Of a stretch of 64,000 bases of DNA, positions 54,353 through 63,279 are shown piece after piece. The notes beneath the pieces are model-generated. The model did no database searches, was not told the DNA's origin, and saw only the letters and a program-made list of their open reading frames with translations. Every line of letters begins with the position of its first letter. Position 1 is the first letter of the stretch. The position numbers and the translations under genes were made by a program. Origin of the DNA: Trueperaceae bacterium (lineage in GTDB: Bacteria > Deinococcota > Deinococci > Deinococcales > Trueperaceae); the NCBI GenBank assembly GCA_035703635.1, contig DASSXV010000025.1:1-64000 (forward strand). Reading direction: 5' to 3'.

Positions 54353-55675
54353 TCAGTTCGGTGCGTTCTCCTGCGGCGGCGCGAACTCGTAGGCTTCCCG
54401 CAAGAGCTTCAGGTCTGAGCCGTCGACCTTGCCGTTGCCGTCCAGGTCGGCGGCCAGGTTGATGCCCGTCGCGCCGAACGCTTGACCGAAGATCACGAGG
54501 TCGTAGAAGTCGACTCTGCCGCTGCGGTCGAGGTCCTCCGCCAAGTAAGTGCGCAGGTCGCGCAAGTTGGTCACGTCCTGAGGCGTCGGAGCAGCGCTGG
54601 CCGCGCTGACGGTCCACGCCATCATGCCCTCACCGCCCTCCTGCAGCCCCAGGAGGACGCCCAACTCATGAAGCAGAACCGCAGGCACGAGGTCGCCAGC
54701 TAGGGGGGACACCACCACTTCCGTGCGGCCGCCTGGACTAGCTAGCGTTAGCGAGGTGGCGTCCGGCCCCATCAGGTCGGCGGCGCCGTAGCGGATCAGG
54801 TTCGTGGCCGACTCACTTACGGCGAAGGCCGCAGCTCCCGGAGCGGCAACCTCCCACGCGTTAGCCGCAGTCGCGGCGGCCGCAGAGAGCAGCAGCGGCC
54901 CGCCCTCGTCGGACACGCTGTAGGTGATGACCTGCGCGGGTGGTTGAGCGGTTGGCGGGGTCGCCGCGTTCGGCGCGGGCGCGCTTGGCTCAGCTGGTGG
55001 CTGCTCGGCAGGAGGTGTCTCGGAGGCTGGCGCCTCCGCCGCCGGAGTGGCGGCCTGCTGGTCCGTGGAAGGCGCCTCCGTTGGCGCCGGCTCCGCCACG
55101 ACCGCCGGGGCGGCCGAACTGTTCTCCACGCCGCGCTGAAGCAGCGCCGTCAATGCGGTCACCAGTTCTGCCTCGCCAGGGCTGCTCGCGCCGCGCACCA
55201 GGGCCCCTGCGGCGTCGACGTCTAGGTAGCTGCCGTCGAAGGCGAGCGCCCCGCGGCTACTCAACTTCCAAGCCCCCTGGGCGACGCCCGCGAGTGGCGA
55301 CGCCATGCCGTCGGCCTGATAGGCGAGGATGAGCCAGCGCTCACCCACGGCGAACGTCGGCAGTCCGCTGACCTGCAAAGTCGGTAGCCCGATCGCGGTG
55401 CCGCCGAGGAAGTCGAGCACCTCGGAGCCAGGAAACTCCTCGCCTGCCTCAGTTGCCGCTCGGTCACGCAAGACGGTCAGGTCGCCGAAGGTGACCGTCG
55501 TCCACGGTTGGCCGTCCTTGCCGGCCGTCGTTGCGCTGGTGACGCTACCGAAGAACACGACGTCGGCTTTCAGCACCAATGTTTCAGGTGATTCGAACCG
55601 GTAGGTGGTGGCAAGCGCCGTGCTCGCAAGCATGGCGAGCAGAACGGCGCTGAGCGCATGCAAAAGCCGGTTCAC
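54353..55675 (-). CDS. secreted protein with degenerate matrixin-like domain and C-terminal dockerin-like module
   Basis: Signal peptide (ALA-TTY), Pro/Ala/Glu linker, LLHELGVLLGL, two Ca-loops DLDRSGRVDFYDL and DLDGNGKVDGSDL. Confidence 0.75.
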   Translation of the reverse strand: MNRLLHALSAVLLAMLASTALATTYRFESPETLVLKADVVFFGSVTSATTAGKDGQPWTTVTFGDLTVLRDRAATEAGEEFPGSEVLDFLGGTAIGLPTLQVSGLPTFAVGERWLILAYQADGMASPLAGVAQGAWKLSSRGALAFDGSYLDVDAAGALVRGASSPGEAELVTALTALLQRGVENSSAAPAVVAEPAPTEAPSTDQQAATPAAEAPASETPPAEQPPAEPSAPAPNAATPPTAQPPAQVITYSVSDEGGPLLLSAAAATAANAWEVAAPGAAAFAVSESATNLIRYGAADLMGPDATSLTLASPGGRTEVVVSPLAGDLVPAVLLHELGVLLGLQEGGEGMMAWTVSAASAAPTPQDVTNLRDLRTYLAEDLDRSGRVDFYDLVIFGQAFGATGINLAADLDGNGKVDGSDLKLLREAYEFAPPQENAPN

Positions 55676-56556
55676 TTGCGGCCGCTCCCTTCTGGATCCG
55701 CAGGCGGCACGACCTCGAGCGGAGCGTCTGGCGGCGCGCTGTCGGTTGGGGGAACGCTCTGGTTGCCAGCCGCTGGCGGGGCAGCGCCGACGATGCCTGT
55801 CAGGTACTCGTGTTTGCGTGCTGGGTCGGGGCTCAGCGTCGTTACTTCGGCCGCGAACGAGGCCTGCACCCGCACGGGCGGAGCGACGGGTACGAGCGTG
55901 AAGCGGTAGAGCTCGACGTCGCCCGTTAGTTGGGTGCCGAGGGCAGCGAGGTCGACCTGCAGCGACGTTTCGTCCGCCTGCCATAACAGGGTAGTGTCAC
56001 GCCTGCTAGCGGCCGCGCCCTCCGCGGCTAGAGTGAACAACTGTGGGTCCCACGTGACCACGCTGCGCACGCCCGTTACTGCCCTGGCACCTTTGAGCCT
56101 GGCGCGGATCGTCACAGGACCGCGCACTTCGGTAAGCGGCACATCGAGGAGGAACTCGGGCGGTGGTGGGGAAGTGACCTGCAGCGTGTACGTCTGGCTG
56201 ACGCGCGAGAGGTTGGCGTCCGACACTTCGACGCTCAAGGTGTACGCGCCAGTTTCGGTGGCGGCGCCGCGTAGCACGCCGTTCTCTAGCGTTATCCCCG
56301 GTGGCAACGCGCCTGAGACGATAGTGAACGTATACGGCCTGAGGCCGCCGACGGCGTTGAGGGGGGCGTCATACTGCTCGAACAGGGTGGCGCGCGGCAC
56401 TTCCGTGCCAACCAGGCGCAGCGCCTCTCCTCGAGTAGCCAACTCGCCAGCGCATGCGCCAAGGACCAAGGCCAGCGCGAGGAGCAAGACGGCTGCGGCG
56501 GCGCTCCTGGTCAAGCGCGGCGGGCGCGGCGTTACGGTTGGCCCCAAGTTGCGCAT
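55672..56556 (-). CDS. lipoprotein with He_PIG/Ig-like domain and cohesin-like domain
   Basis: Lipobox LGAC; GGLRPYTFTIVSGALPPGITL (He_PIG); VTIRARL...GVRSVVTWDPQLFTL...GDVELYRFTL (cohesin-like). Confidence 0.68.
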   Translation of the reverse strand: MRNLGPTVTPRPPRLTRSAAAAVLLLALALVLGACAGELATRGEALRLVGTEVPRATLFEQYDAPLNAVGGLRPYTFTIVSGALPPGITLENGVLRGAATETGAYTLSVEVSDANLSRVSQTYTLQVTSPPPPEFLLDVPLTEVRGPVTIRARLKGARAVTGVRSVVTWDPQLFTLAAEGAAASRRDTTLLWQADETSLQVDLAALGTQLTGDVELYRFTLVPVAPPVRVQASFAAEVTTLSPDPARKHEYLTGIVGAAPPAAGNQSVPPTDSAPPDAPLEVVPPADPEGSGRK

Positions 56557-56620
56557 GCCATGGATTGTACCGGCCAGCGCATGAGCAGCGCATGGGGACG
56601 TCATCTTCCAAGTTAAGCGG

Positions 56621-59401
56621 GTGGGTGCGTGCGTGGCTCACGCGCGTTCTCGTTCCGTGGCACGCCAGGCCGCGTGGTATCGTCGGGCCTTGAGCGTCAC
56701 CCGAGAACTACACGTCGCGCGTCAAGCTCGGCAGCGGTACGGGCTGCCCGCAGCGGCGTTCAACGCCCACGGGCGCGTCGTGAACCTCGACGTCGCTGCT
56801 GCGGCCACGTGGGCGGCGCGTATGAACGCGGCCCGCAGCTTAGCTGGCGCGCCGTCAGTAACCACGGGTGAGTTGCTCGCCGCGGCCGCGTTACACGAGG
56901 CCGCGCACGAACTGATCACGCAGTACGGAGTGAGCCCCACGGGGACGGCCGTTTTGGCGGACGCCGCTGCCAGCTGGCGCGCAGACGCTGCGCTGCCTAG
57001 CGCAGACACCTTCGCACAGGATTTCGCGGAGGCGTACGCCAAGGCTAGCGAGGCGGCTAACGCCGAAGAGCACGGCGAGGCGGTCGCGGGCCCCGAACTC
57101 CTCGAGGAGACCTGGCTGATAGGTGGCGCCCTCGCCAACTTGGCCTTCGCGCCGCTGCACGAACTCTTTCAACACGAACTCGCGGCGGGCGCTGGCTGGC
57201 AAACGGCGTCGCGCCTCGCCGAACTCGGGTTGGCCACGGTGCAGCTCGCGTCCGTGCGGGGCGCTTCGAACCTCGACTCACGCGAACGGGGCGCGAGGCA
57301 GCCAAGCGAGAACTCGCTCTTGTGGCTGTTGACGTTGCCAGCGCGGCTCGAGCCGACGTCGCTGGCGGGTCAGCTGCGCGTGGCGGTCAGCGCTTGGGGG
57401 CCGTACCTCAAGGGTGGTGGCGCCTTCCTCACAGGGTTGCTCCGAGCAGCTGACCTGTTGCGCGAGGAGGGCAAGGGGGGAGTCGGTGCGCCTGGTCCAC
57501 ACGGCCCACCGCCCGCGTCTGACTTCATGCCGAGTGGTCACGGCGCCGGGCGGGAGAACTTCACCCCCGACCGCGCTTGGATGCCGGAAGTCGCGATGGT
57601 CGCCAAGAGCGTGTACGTCTGGCTAGCGCAACTCGAGCGGCGCTTTGACCGCGAGGTGCGTCGGCTAGATCAGGTGCCGGACGCCGCGCTACGCGACCTG
57701 CGCGCGGACGGCTTCAACGCCGTGTGGTTGATCGGCGTTTGGGAGCGGAGCCACGCCTCTCGCGCCCTCAAGCAGGCCCGCGGCCAGCCAGATGCCGGCG
57801 CGAGCGCCTACGCGCTGCACGATTACGAGATCGCCGCTGACTTGGGCGGCGAAGCGGCGTTCGAGGAGCTGTCGCGTCGCGCCTGGGCGCACGGCTTGCG
57901 GTTGGCGAGCGACATGGTGCCGAACCATACTGGTCTCGACTCGCGCTGGATGGTCGAACATCCGGACTGGTTCCTGCAACTACCGCAGCCGCCGTTCGAA
58001 GGCTACTCGTTCACTGGCCCGAACTTGGCGCTAGACCCGGCCATCGAGGTGCGCGTAGAGGATGGCTACTACGACGGCACTGACGCCGCCGTCGTGTTCG
58101 AGCGGCGCGACCCGAGCACGGGGGCGAGGAGCTACGTCTATCACGGGAACGACGGAACGGCGATGCCGTGGAACGATACGGCGCAGCTCGATTACCTGCG
58201 CCGGGAGGTGAGGGAGGCCGTCATGGCCACCGTGTTGGCCGTGGCGCGCAGGTTCCCGATCATCCGCTTCGACGCCGCCATGACGTTAGCCAAGCGCCAC
58301 GTGCAAAGGCTGTGGCACCCGCTGCCTGGTGATGGTGGCGCCATCCCGTCGCGCGCCCGCTTCGGGGTCAGCGCTGAGGAGTTCGAGCGGCTCATGCCGC
58401 ACGAGTTCTGGCGCGAACTCGTCGTGAACATGGCCGAACGCGCCCCCGACACGCTCCTGCTAGCCGAGGCGTTCTGGTTGATGGAGGGTTTCTTCGTCCG
58501 CGAGCTTGGCATGCACCGCGTTTACAACAGCGCCTTCATGCACATGCTCATGCACGAGCAGAACGTCGCATACAGGCGCCTCCTCAAGACCCTCCTCGCC
58601 TTCGACCCGCGCGTGCTGCAGCGCTACGTCAACTTCATGAGCAACCCGGACGAGGAGTCGGCTCGGGACCAGTTCGGGGCGGGGGACAAGTACTTCGGCG
58701 TGGCAACGCTCCTCGCCACCCTGCCCGGCATGCCGATGTTCGGTCACGGTCAGGTCGAGGGTTTGGCGGAGAAGTACGGCATGGAGTACCTCGCCCCCAA
58801 ACGTTCCGAGACGCCAGACGCAGGCCTGATAGCACGCCACCGGCGCGAGCTCGCACCGCTCCTCAACGCGCGCGCTGCGTTCGCTGGCGCCAGCGCGTTC
58901 AGACTCTTCGACTTGGTCGGCGACGACGGCGTCGAGGAGGCGGCGTACGTCTACGTCAACCGGCCCGCGCCCGCTGGTGGCGCGCTCAGTACGCTGGTGG
59001 CGTTCAACAACTCCCCCGGGAGCGTGGCTGGCGAGGTGAGGATGAGCGTGCCGTTCGCGGACGCCTTGCGTGGTGGGGGGCTGCGCTCCGAGCCACTCCA
59101 CGAAGCGCTCGGCCTGCGCGCTGGCGGTGGGCGCCTCGTGCGGTTCGCGCCGTTCGTTCGAGATGGGCAGGAGGAGTTAGTCGCGCTGACGACCCTGGAA
59201 CAGCGCGGACTGCGCCTTGAGTTGGGTCCGTACGAGGCGCGGGTGTTACTCGTCACGCAGGTGGAAGGGCGAGAGGCGCCAGTCGAAGTCCAAGCGCCAG
59301 CGCCCCCCGTTCGGGTGAGGGCGAGACGGCGCTACGACGCGCGCCTAGCCGGCGACCGCGGCGCGGCGAAACGCAGGGCCGCCAAGCGCGTGCGGCGCTG
59401 A
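56621..59401 (+). CDS. GH13 alpha-amylase-family protein with long N-terminal extension
   Basis: GFNAVWLIGVW, SDMVPNH, IRFDAAM (nucleophile), LLAEAFW (acid/base), FMSNPDE; start uncertain. Confidence 0.85.
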   Translation: MGACVAHARSRSVARQAAWYRRALSVTRELHVARQARQRYGLPAAAFNAHGRVVNLDVAAAATWAARMNAARSLAGAPSVTTGELLAAAALHEAAHELITQYGVSPTGTAVLADAAASWRADAALPSADTFAQDFAEAYAKASEAANAEEHGEAVAGPELLEETWLIGGALANLAFAPLHELFQHELAAGAGWQTASRLAELGLATVQLASVRGASNLDSRERGARQPSENSLLWLLTLPARLEPTSLAGQLRVAVSAWGPYLKGGGAFLTGLLRAADLLREEGKGGVGAPGPHGPPPASDFMPSGHGAGRENFTPDRAWMPEVAMVAKSVYVWLAQLERRFDREVRRLDQVPDAALRDLRADGFNAVWLIGVWERSHASRALKQARGQPDAGASAYALHDYEIAADLGGEAAFEELSRRAWAHGLRLASDMVPNHTGLDSRWMVEHPDWFLQLPQPPFEGYSFTGPNLALDPAIEVRVEDGYYDGTDAAVVFERRDPSTGARSYVYHGNDGTAMPWNDTAQLDYLRREVREAVMATVLAVARRFPIIRFDAAMTLAKRHVQRLWHPLPGDGGAIPSRARFGVSAEEFERLMPHEFWRELVVNMAERAPDTLLLAEAFWLMEGFFVRELGMHRVYNSAFMHMLMHEQNVAYRRLLKTLLAFDPRVLQRYVNFMSNPDEESARDQFGAGDKYFGVATLLATLPGMPMFGHGQVEGLAEKYGMEYLAPKRSETPDAGLIARHRRELAPLLNARAAFAGASAFRLFDLVGDDGVEEAAYVYVNRPAPAGGALSTLVAFNNSPGSVAGEVRMSVPFADALRGGGLRSEPLHEALGLRAGGGRLVRFAPFVRDGQEELVALTTLEQRGLRLELGPYEARVLLVTQVEGREAPVEVQAPAPPVRVRARRRYDARLAGDRGAAKRRAAKRVRR

Positions 59402-59430
59402 GCGCCTTCGCGCAGGGGACGAACCGCTGG

Positions 59431-59961
59431 CTAGGTGAGGGCGCCGAGCCTGCGCGCCTGCAAGTGCGTTAGCGCGAGGGCGATGGCGTCCGTCTCGTGG
59501 TTGGCCTCCGGCGCCGCCGTCAGCTTGAGGAGTGCGCGCACCATGAAGGCTACCTGCGTCTTGTCGGCCCGGCCGTTGCCGACCAGGCTGCGTTTCACTA
59601 CCTCAGGGCCGTACTCGAAGACTGGCAGCCCGGCCTCCGCCGCCGTGACCAACACGACCCCAACGGCCTGGCCGACGAGGAACGACGTCTGCGGTTGGCG
59701 CCGCAGGAACTGCCCTTCGATGGCCATGACGTCCGGCTTGTGCAGTGCGATGAACGACAGCAGTTCGCGCCGCAGGGTGAGAAGGCGCTCGCTCTGCTCC
59801 TGCCTACTGCTCGTCGTGACCAGCCTGCTGCCGAGGAGGCGCGCATCTCTGCGCACCTCCTCGATGGCTCCGAGGCCAAGGTTGGCTAGGCCGGGGTCGA
59901 CCCCAAGCACGCGTAGCGGCCTTGCGCCGCTGCCAGGAGCCGTTACGCGGCCTTCCGTCAC
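59431..59961 (-). CDS. ruvC: Holliday junction resolvase
   Basis: VLGVDPG, MAIE, GQAVGV, VGNGRADKTQV, DAIALAL. Confidence 0.95.
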   Translation of the reverse strand: MTEGRVTAPGSGARPLRVLGVDPGLANLGLGAIEEVRRDARLLGSRLVTTSSRQEQSERLLTLRRELLSFIALHKPDVMAIEGQFLRRQPQTSFLVGQAVGVVLVTAAEAGLPVFEYGPEVVKRSLVGNGRADKTQVAFMVRALLKLTAAPEANHETDAIALALTHLQARRLGALT

Positions 59962-61302
59962 TCAGTACTCCGCGAGGTAGCGGTCGAGTTCCCAGCCGTG
60001 AACCGCGATGCGGTACTCGTCGTACTCCTGCGTCTTCGCCTCGACGAAGCTCTTGTAGACGTGGTCGCCAAGGGCGTCGACTATCACGCGGTCGCGCTTG
60101 AGGTTGGTCACCGCTTCGCGCAAGTTGGCTGGTAGTTCCTTGATCTTGTGCTTGCGCCTGTCGCGCACGCTCATCTCGTAGATGTTCCTGGCGATCGGTG
60201 GTGGCGGCGTGAGGTCGCGCTTCATGCCGTCGAGTCCGGCCGCGACCATGGCCGCCAGCGCCAAGTACGGGTTGGCTGATGGGTCGGGCATGCGCACTTC
60301 GGCGCGCGTGCCGTTGCCGCGCCGCGCCGGGATGCGGATCATGGCGCTGCGGTTGGAAACCGACCAGGCGATGTTCGTTGGCGCCTCGTGCCCTGGCGTG
60401 ATGCGCTTGTAGCTGTTGACCGTCGGGTTGGTGATGGCGACCAGACCGGGAGCGTGCTCGATGAGGCCGGCTATCCAGGCGCGCGCGGTGCTGGAGAGCT
60501 GGTGCTGCCCTTTCGGGTCGAAGAACGCGTTCTCACCGTCCTTGAAGACGCTCAGGTGCGTGTGCATGCCAGACCCGGCGATGCCAGCGACTGGTTTCGG
60601 CATGAAAGTGGCGTGGAGGCCGTGGTTCATGGCGATGCGCTTTACGACCGTGCGGAACGACTGGATGGCGTCGGCGGTCGAGATGGCGTCTGCGTACTTG
60701 AAGTCGATCTCATGCTGGCCGGGACCGACCTCGTGGTGCGCGGCCTCGATCTCGAAGCCAAGTTCCGTGAGGGCGTTGACCATGTCGCGACGGGCGTCCT
60801 CACCGCGGTCGACTGGGGCGAGGTCGAAGTAGCCTGCGCCGTCGTTCGTGATGGTGGTTGGGCTACCGTCGACTCCGCGCTTGAAGAGGTAGAACTCCGG
60901 CTCCACGCCGACGAACAGGTCGTCGAACCCGAGGGCCTTGAGCTTCTCGATCTGGCGTTTGAGCACCCAGCGCGGGTCGCCTTGGAACGGGGTGCCGTCA
61001 GGGAGGTGGACGTCGCAGATGAGGCGCGCGACTTGGCCCCTCACGCTGCCCTCGATGGCAGGTGGGAGCAGGAGGAAGGTGTCGTGATCCGGCCTCAGCA
61101 GCATGTCCGACTCTTCGATGCGCGTGAAGCCTTGCACCGATGAGCCGTCGAACATGATCTCACCGTCGAGCGCCTTGTCGAACTGCGAGGTCGGGACCTC
61201 GACGTTCTTGTTGCGGCCGTGAATGTCGGTGAACTGCAGTCTGAGGAACTTGACGTCGTTCTCGCGCAGTAGCGTGGCGACGTCGTCGCGTGAGTTACCC
61301 AC
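59962..61302 (-). CDS. glnA: glutamine synthetase type I-alpha
   Basis: LRLQFTDI, FDGSS, HHEVGPGQHEIDF, ATFMPKP, GSGMHTH; 446 aa, lacks the I-beta insertion. Confidence 0.93.
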   Translation of the reverse strand: MGNSRDDVATLLRENDVKFLRLQFTDIHGRNKNVEVPTSQFDKALDGEIMFDGSSVQGFTRIEESDMLLRPDHDTFLLLPPAIEGSVRGQVARLICDVHLPDGTPFQGDPRWVLKRQIEKLKALGFDDLFVGVEPEFYLFKRGVDGSPTTITNDGAGYFDLAPVDRGEDARRDMVNALTELGFEIEAAHHEVGPGQHEIDFKYADAISTADAIQSFRTVVKRIAMNHGLHATFMPKPVAGIAGSGMHTHLSVFKDGENAFFDPKGQHQLSSTARAWIAGLIEHAPGLVAITNPTVNSYKRITPGHEAPTNIAWSVSNRSAMIRIPARRGNGTRAEVRMPDPSANPYLALAAMVAAGLDGMKRDLTPPPPIARNIYEMSVRDRRKHKIKELPANLREAVTNLKRDRVIVDALGDHVYKSFVEAKTQEYDEYRIAVHGWELDRYLAEY

Positions 61303-61466
61303 TGATGACCCTCCTGGGGCGTGCTGGGGTGGACGGGCGCGGTCCTTGGCTGAACGGTCGTTGCCGTTCGCGTTCGGCCCGCAGCGCGCGAAAACGGTAA
61401 CACGAAGTGGCAGGTCGTGCGCAAGAGAGTGAACAACGGGTCACTTGCGACGTGACACTGAACAGT

Positions 61467-62879
61467 TCAGCTGTCGTAGTAGAGGTGGAACTCGTACGGG
61501 TGGGGTCGCAAGCGCAGCGGCTCGAGCTCGTGCTCGCGCTTGTAGCCGATCCACGTGGCGATGAAATCATCGGAGAACACCCCGCCCTCGGTTAGGAAGG
61601 CGTGGTCGGCCTCGAGCGCTCCGAGGGCCTCGTCTAGAGATCCGGGCGTGGAGGGCACGCTGTGGAGTTCCGCCGCCGACATGGCGTAGATGTTGCGCTC
61701 GAGCGGGTCGCCTGGCGAGATCTCGTTCTTGATGCCGTCCAACATGGCGAGGGTCATGGCCGAGAAGAGCAGGTAGCCGTTCGCGCTCGGGTCGGGGCAG
61801 CGGAACTCGAGACGCTTGGCTTTCGGTGAGGCGGAGTACGTCGGAATGCGGATGGCGGCCGAGCGGTTGCGTTTGGAGAGGGCGAGGTTAACGGGCGCCT
61901 CGAAACCAGGCACGAGGCGGTGGTAGGAGTTGGCCGTTGGCGCGGCGAAGGCTAGTACGGCGGCCGCGTGTTTAAGGAGCCCGCCTGCGGCGTGGAGGGC
62001 GAGGTCAGAGAGGCCGGCGTAGCGCTCCCCAGCGAAGAGCGGCTGCCCGCCCTTCCAGAACGAGATGTGGGTATGCATGCCAGAACCGTTGTCTTGGAAG
62101 ATCGGTTTGGGCATGAACGTTACGGTCTTACCGTAACGCCTGGCAACGTTCTTGATGATGTACTTGTACCACATCATCTGGTCGGCCATCGTTAGCATAT
62201 CGGCATACCGCATATCTATCTCGCTTTGACCCGCGGTGCCGACTTCGTGGTGGTGCGCCTCGACCGCGATGCCCGCCTTCATCAGTTCGTTGACCATCTC
62301 GCCACGCAGGTCGTGATAGGTATCGGTCGGCGCTACCGGGAAGTAGCCGCCCTTGTAACTGGGTTTGTAGCCGAGGTTGGGCTCTTCGAAGCGGGCCGTG
62401 TTCCAAGCGCCCTCTACGGAGTCGATCTCGTAGTAGCCCTTGTACTGGTTCTGCTCGTACCTGACCTCGTCGAAGATGAAGAACTCCGGCTCCGGTCCAA
62501 CGAATACGGTGTCTGCCACGCCGGACGCCTGCACGTACGCCATGGCCTTGCGCGCTATGTAACGTGGGTCACGGTCGTACTCCTCCAGGCTTTCAGGGTC
62601 GCGGATGGTGGCGAGGACGCTCACCGTTGGCTCCTTGAAGAACGGGTCGAGGAGCGCGGTTCCTGCTTCGGGTACGGCCAACATGTCGGAGCTGCTTATG
62701 TCTTGCCAGCCTCTGATGGAGGAGCCATCGAACCCGACGCCCTCCTCGAAGGTCTGCTCGTCCCACGCCTCGACGGGGTAGCTGCAGTGTTGCCAAGTGC
62801 CGAGCATGTCCGTGAACTTCAGGTCGATCATGCTGGCGCCGTGGCGGCGGGCGAACTCGAAGAACTCCTTGGGCGTCAT
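61467..62879 (-). CDS. glnA: glutamine synthetase type I-beta
   Basis: FDGSSIRGW, GPEPEFFIFD followed by the I-beta insertion, KGGYFP, TFMPKP..DNGSGMH, RLVPGFEAP, NRSAAIRIP, RNIY. Confidence 0.95.
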   Translation of the reverse strand: MTPKEFFEFARRHGASMIDLKFTDMLGTWQHCSYPVEAWDEQTFEEGVGFDGSSIRGWQDISSSDMLAVPEAGTALLDPFFKEPTVSVLATIRDPESLEEYDRDPRYIARKAMAYVQASGVADTVFVGPEPEFFIFDEVRYEQNQYKGYYEIDSVEGAWNTARFEEPNLGYKPSYKGGYFPVAPTDTYHDLRGEMVNELMKAGIAVEAHHHEVGTAGQSEIDMRYADMLTMADQMMWYKYIIKNVARRYGKTVTFMPKPIFQDNGSGMHTHISFWKGGQPLFAGERYAGLSDLALHAAGGLLKHAAAVLAFAAPTANSYHRLVPGFEAPVNLALSKRNRSAAIRIPTYSASPKAKRLEFRCPDPSANGYLLFSAMTLAMLDGIKNEISPGDPLERNIYAMSAAELHSVPSTPGSLDEALGALEADHAFLTEGGVFSDDFIATWIGYKREHELEPLRLRPHPYEFHLYYDS

Positions 62880-62947
62880 GTTGTGGCCTCCGGTAGAAGC
62901 GCCACCCTAGTTGCGCAGCGCGCACTGATGGTGGCATTTCGAGACGA

Positions 62948-62977
62948 AGTGTAATGCTAGGAGTTGCTATTTGTCTA
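62948..62977 (-). promoter_or_regulatory. candidate sigma70 promoter of glnA (I-beta)
   Basis: TAGACA-18 nt-TACACT on the minus strand. Confidence 0.5.
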
Positions 62978-63193
62978 CGTCAGCCTGGACGGTAAGCAAC
63001 ATATCCGCGGACGCCGAGCCAAAGCCGCACCGCTACCTACCGGGGTAGCTGCTTCGTCCCGTAGGCCGCGTATACGCCAAGACCACGAACCACCGCGTCG
63101 TCGGCACGGTTGACGGGCGCACTGACCACGTCGTGCCGCGCCGACAGTCCTTAACCCATTCATCAGCATTGGCAGACTGCGTTCGGACCGCCG

Positions 63194-63222
63194 TTGACAG
63201 CGCCAGTGCCGTTACATACGAT
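63194..63222 (+). promoter_or_regulatory. sigma70 promoter of the downstream ABC binding-protein gene
   Basis: TTGACA-17 nt-TACGAT. Confidence 0.7.
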
Positions 63223-63279
63223 GCAAGCAACCGCCGCAAGTCCAACTTGTCTCTTCACAAGCCTCTGAAGGAGGAGAAC

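Noticed and set aside
54930-55130. Tandem repeat or CRISPR-like array
   Set aside because: It is a low-complexity Pro/Ala/Glu coding linker without fixed-length repeats; no array was seen anywhere in the window
54353-59401. Amylosome made of the cohesin-dockerin pair and the divergent GH13
   Set aside because: The GH13 has neither a signal peptide nor a dockerin, so it is unlikely to join an exported complex
61430-61470. GlnR box in the glnA-glnA spacer (GTCAC-N7-GTGAC)
   Set aside because: Arms and spacing do not match the GlnR consensus sequences I know; a 5-bp inverted repeat can arise by chance
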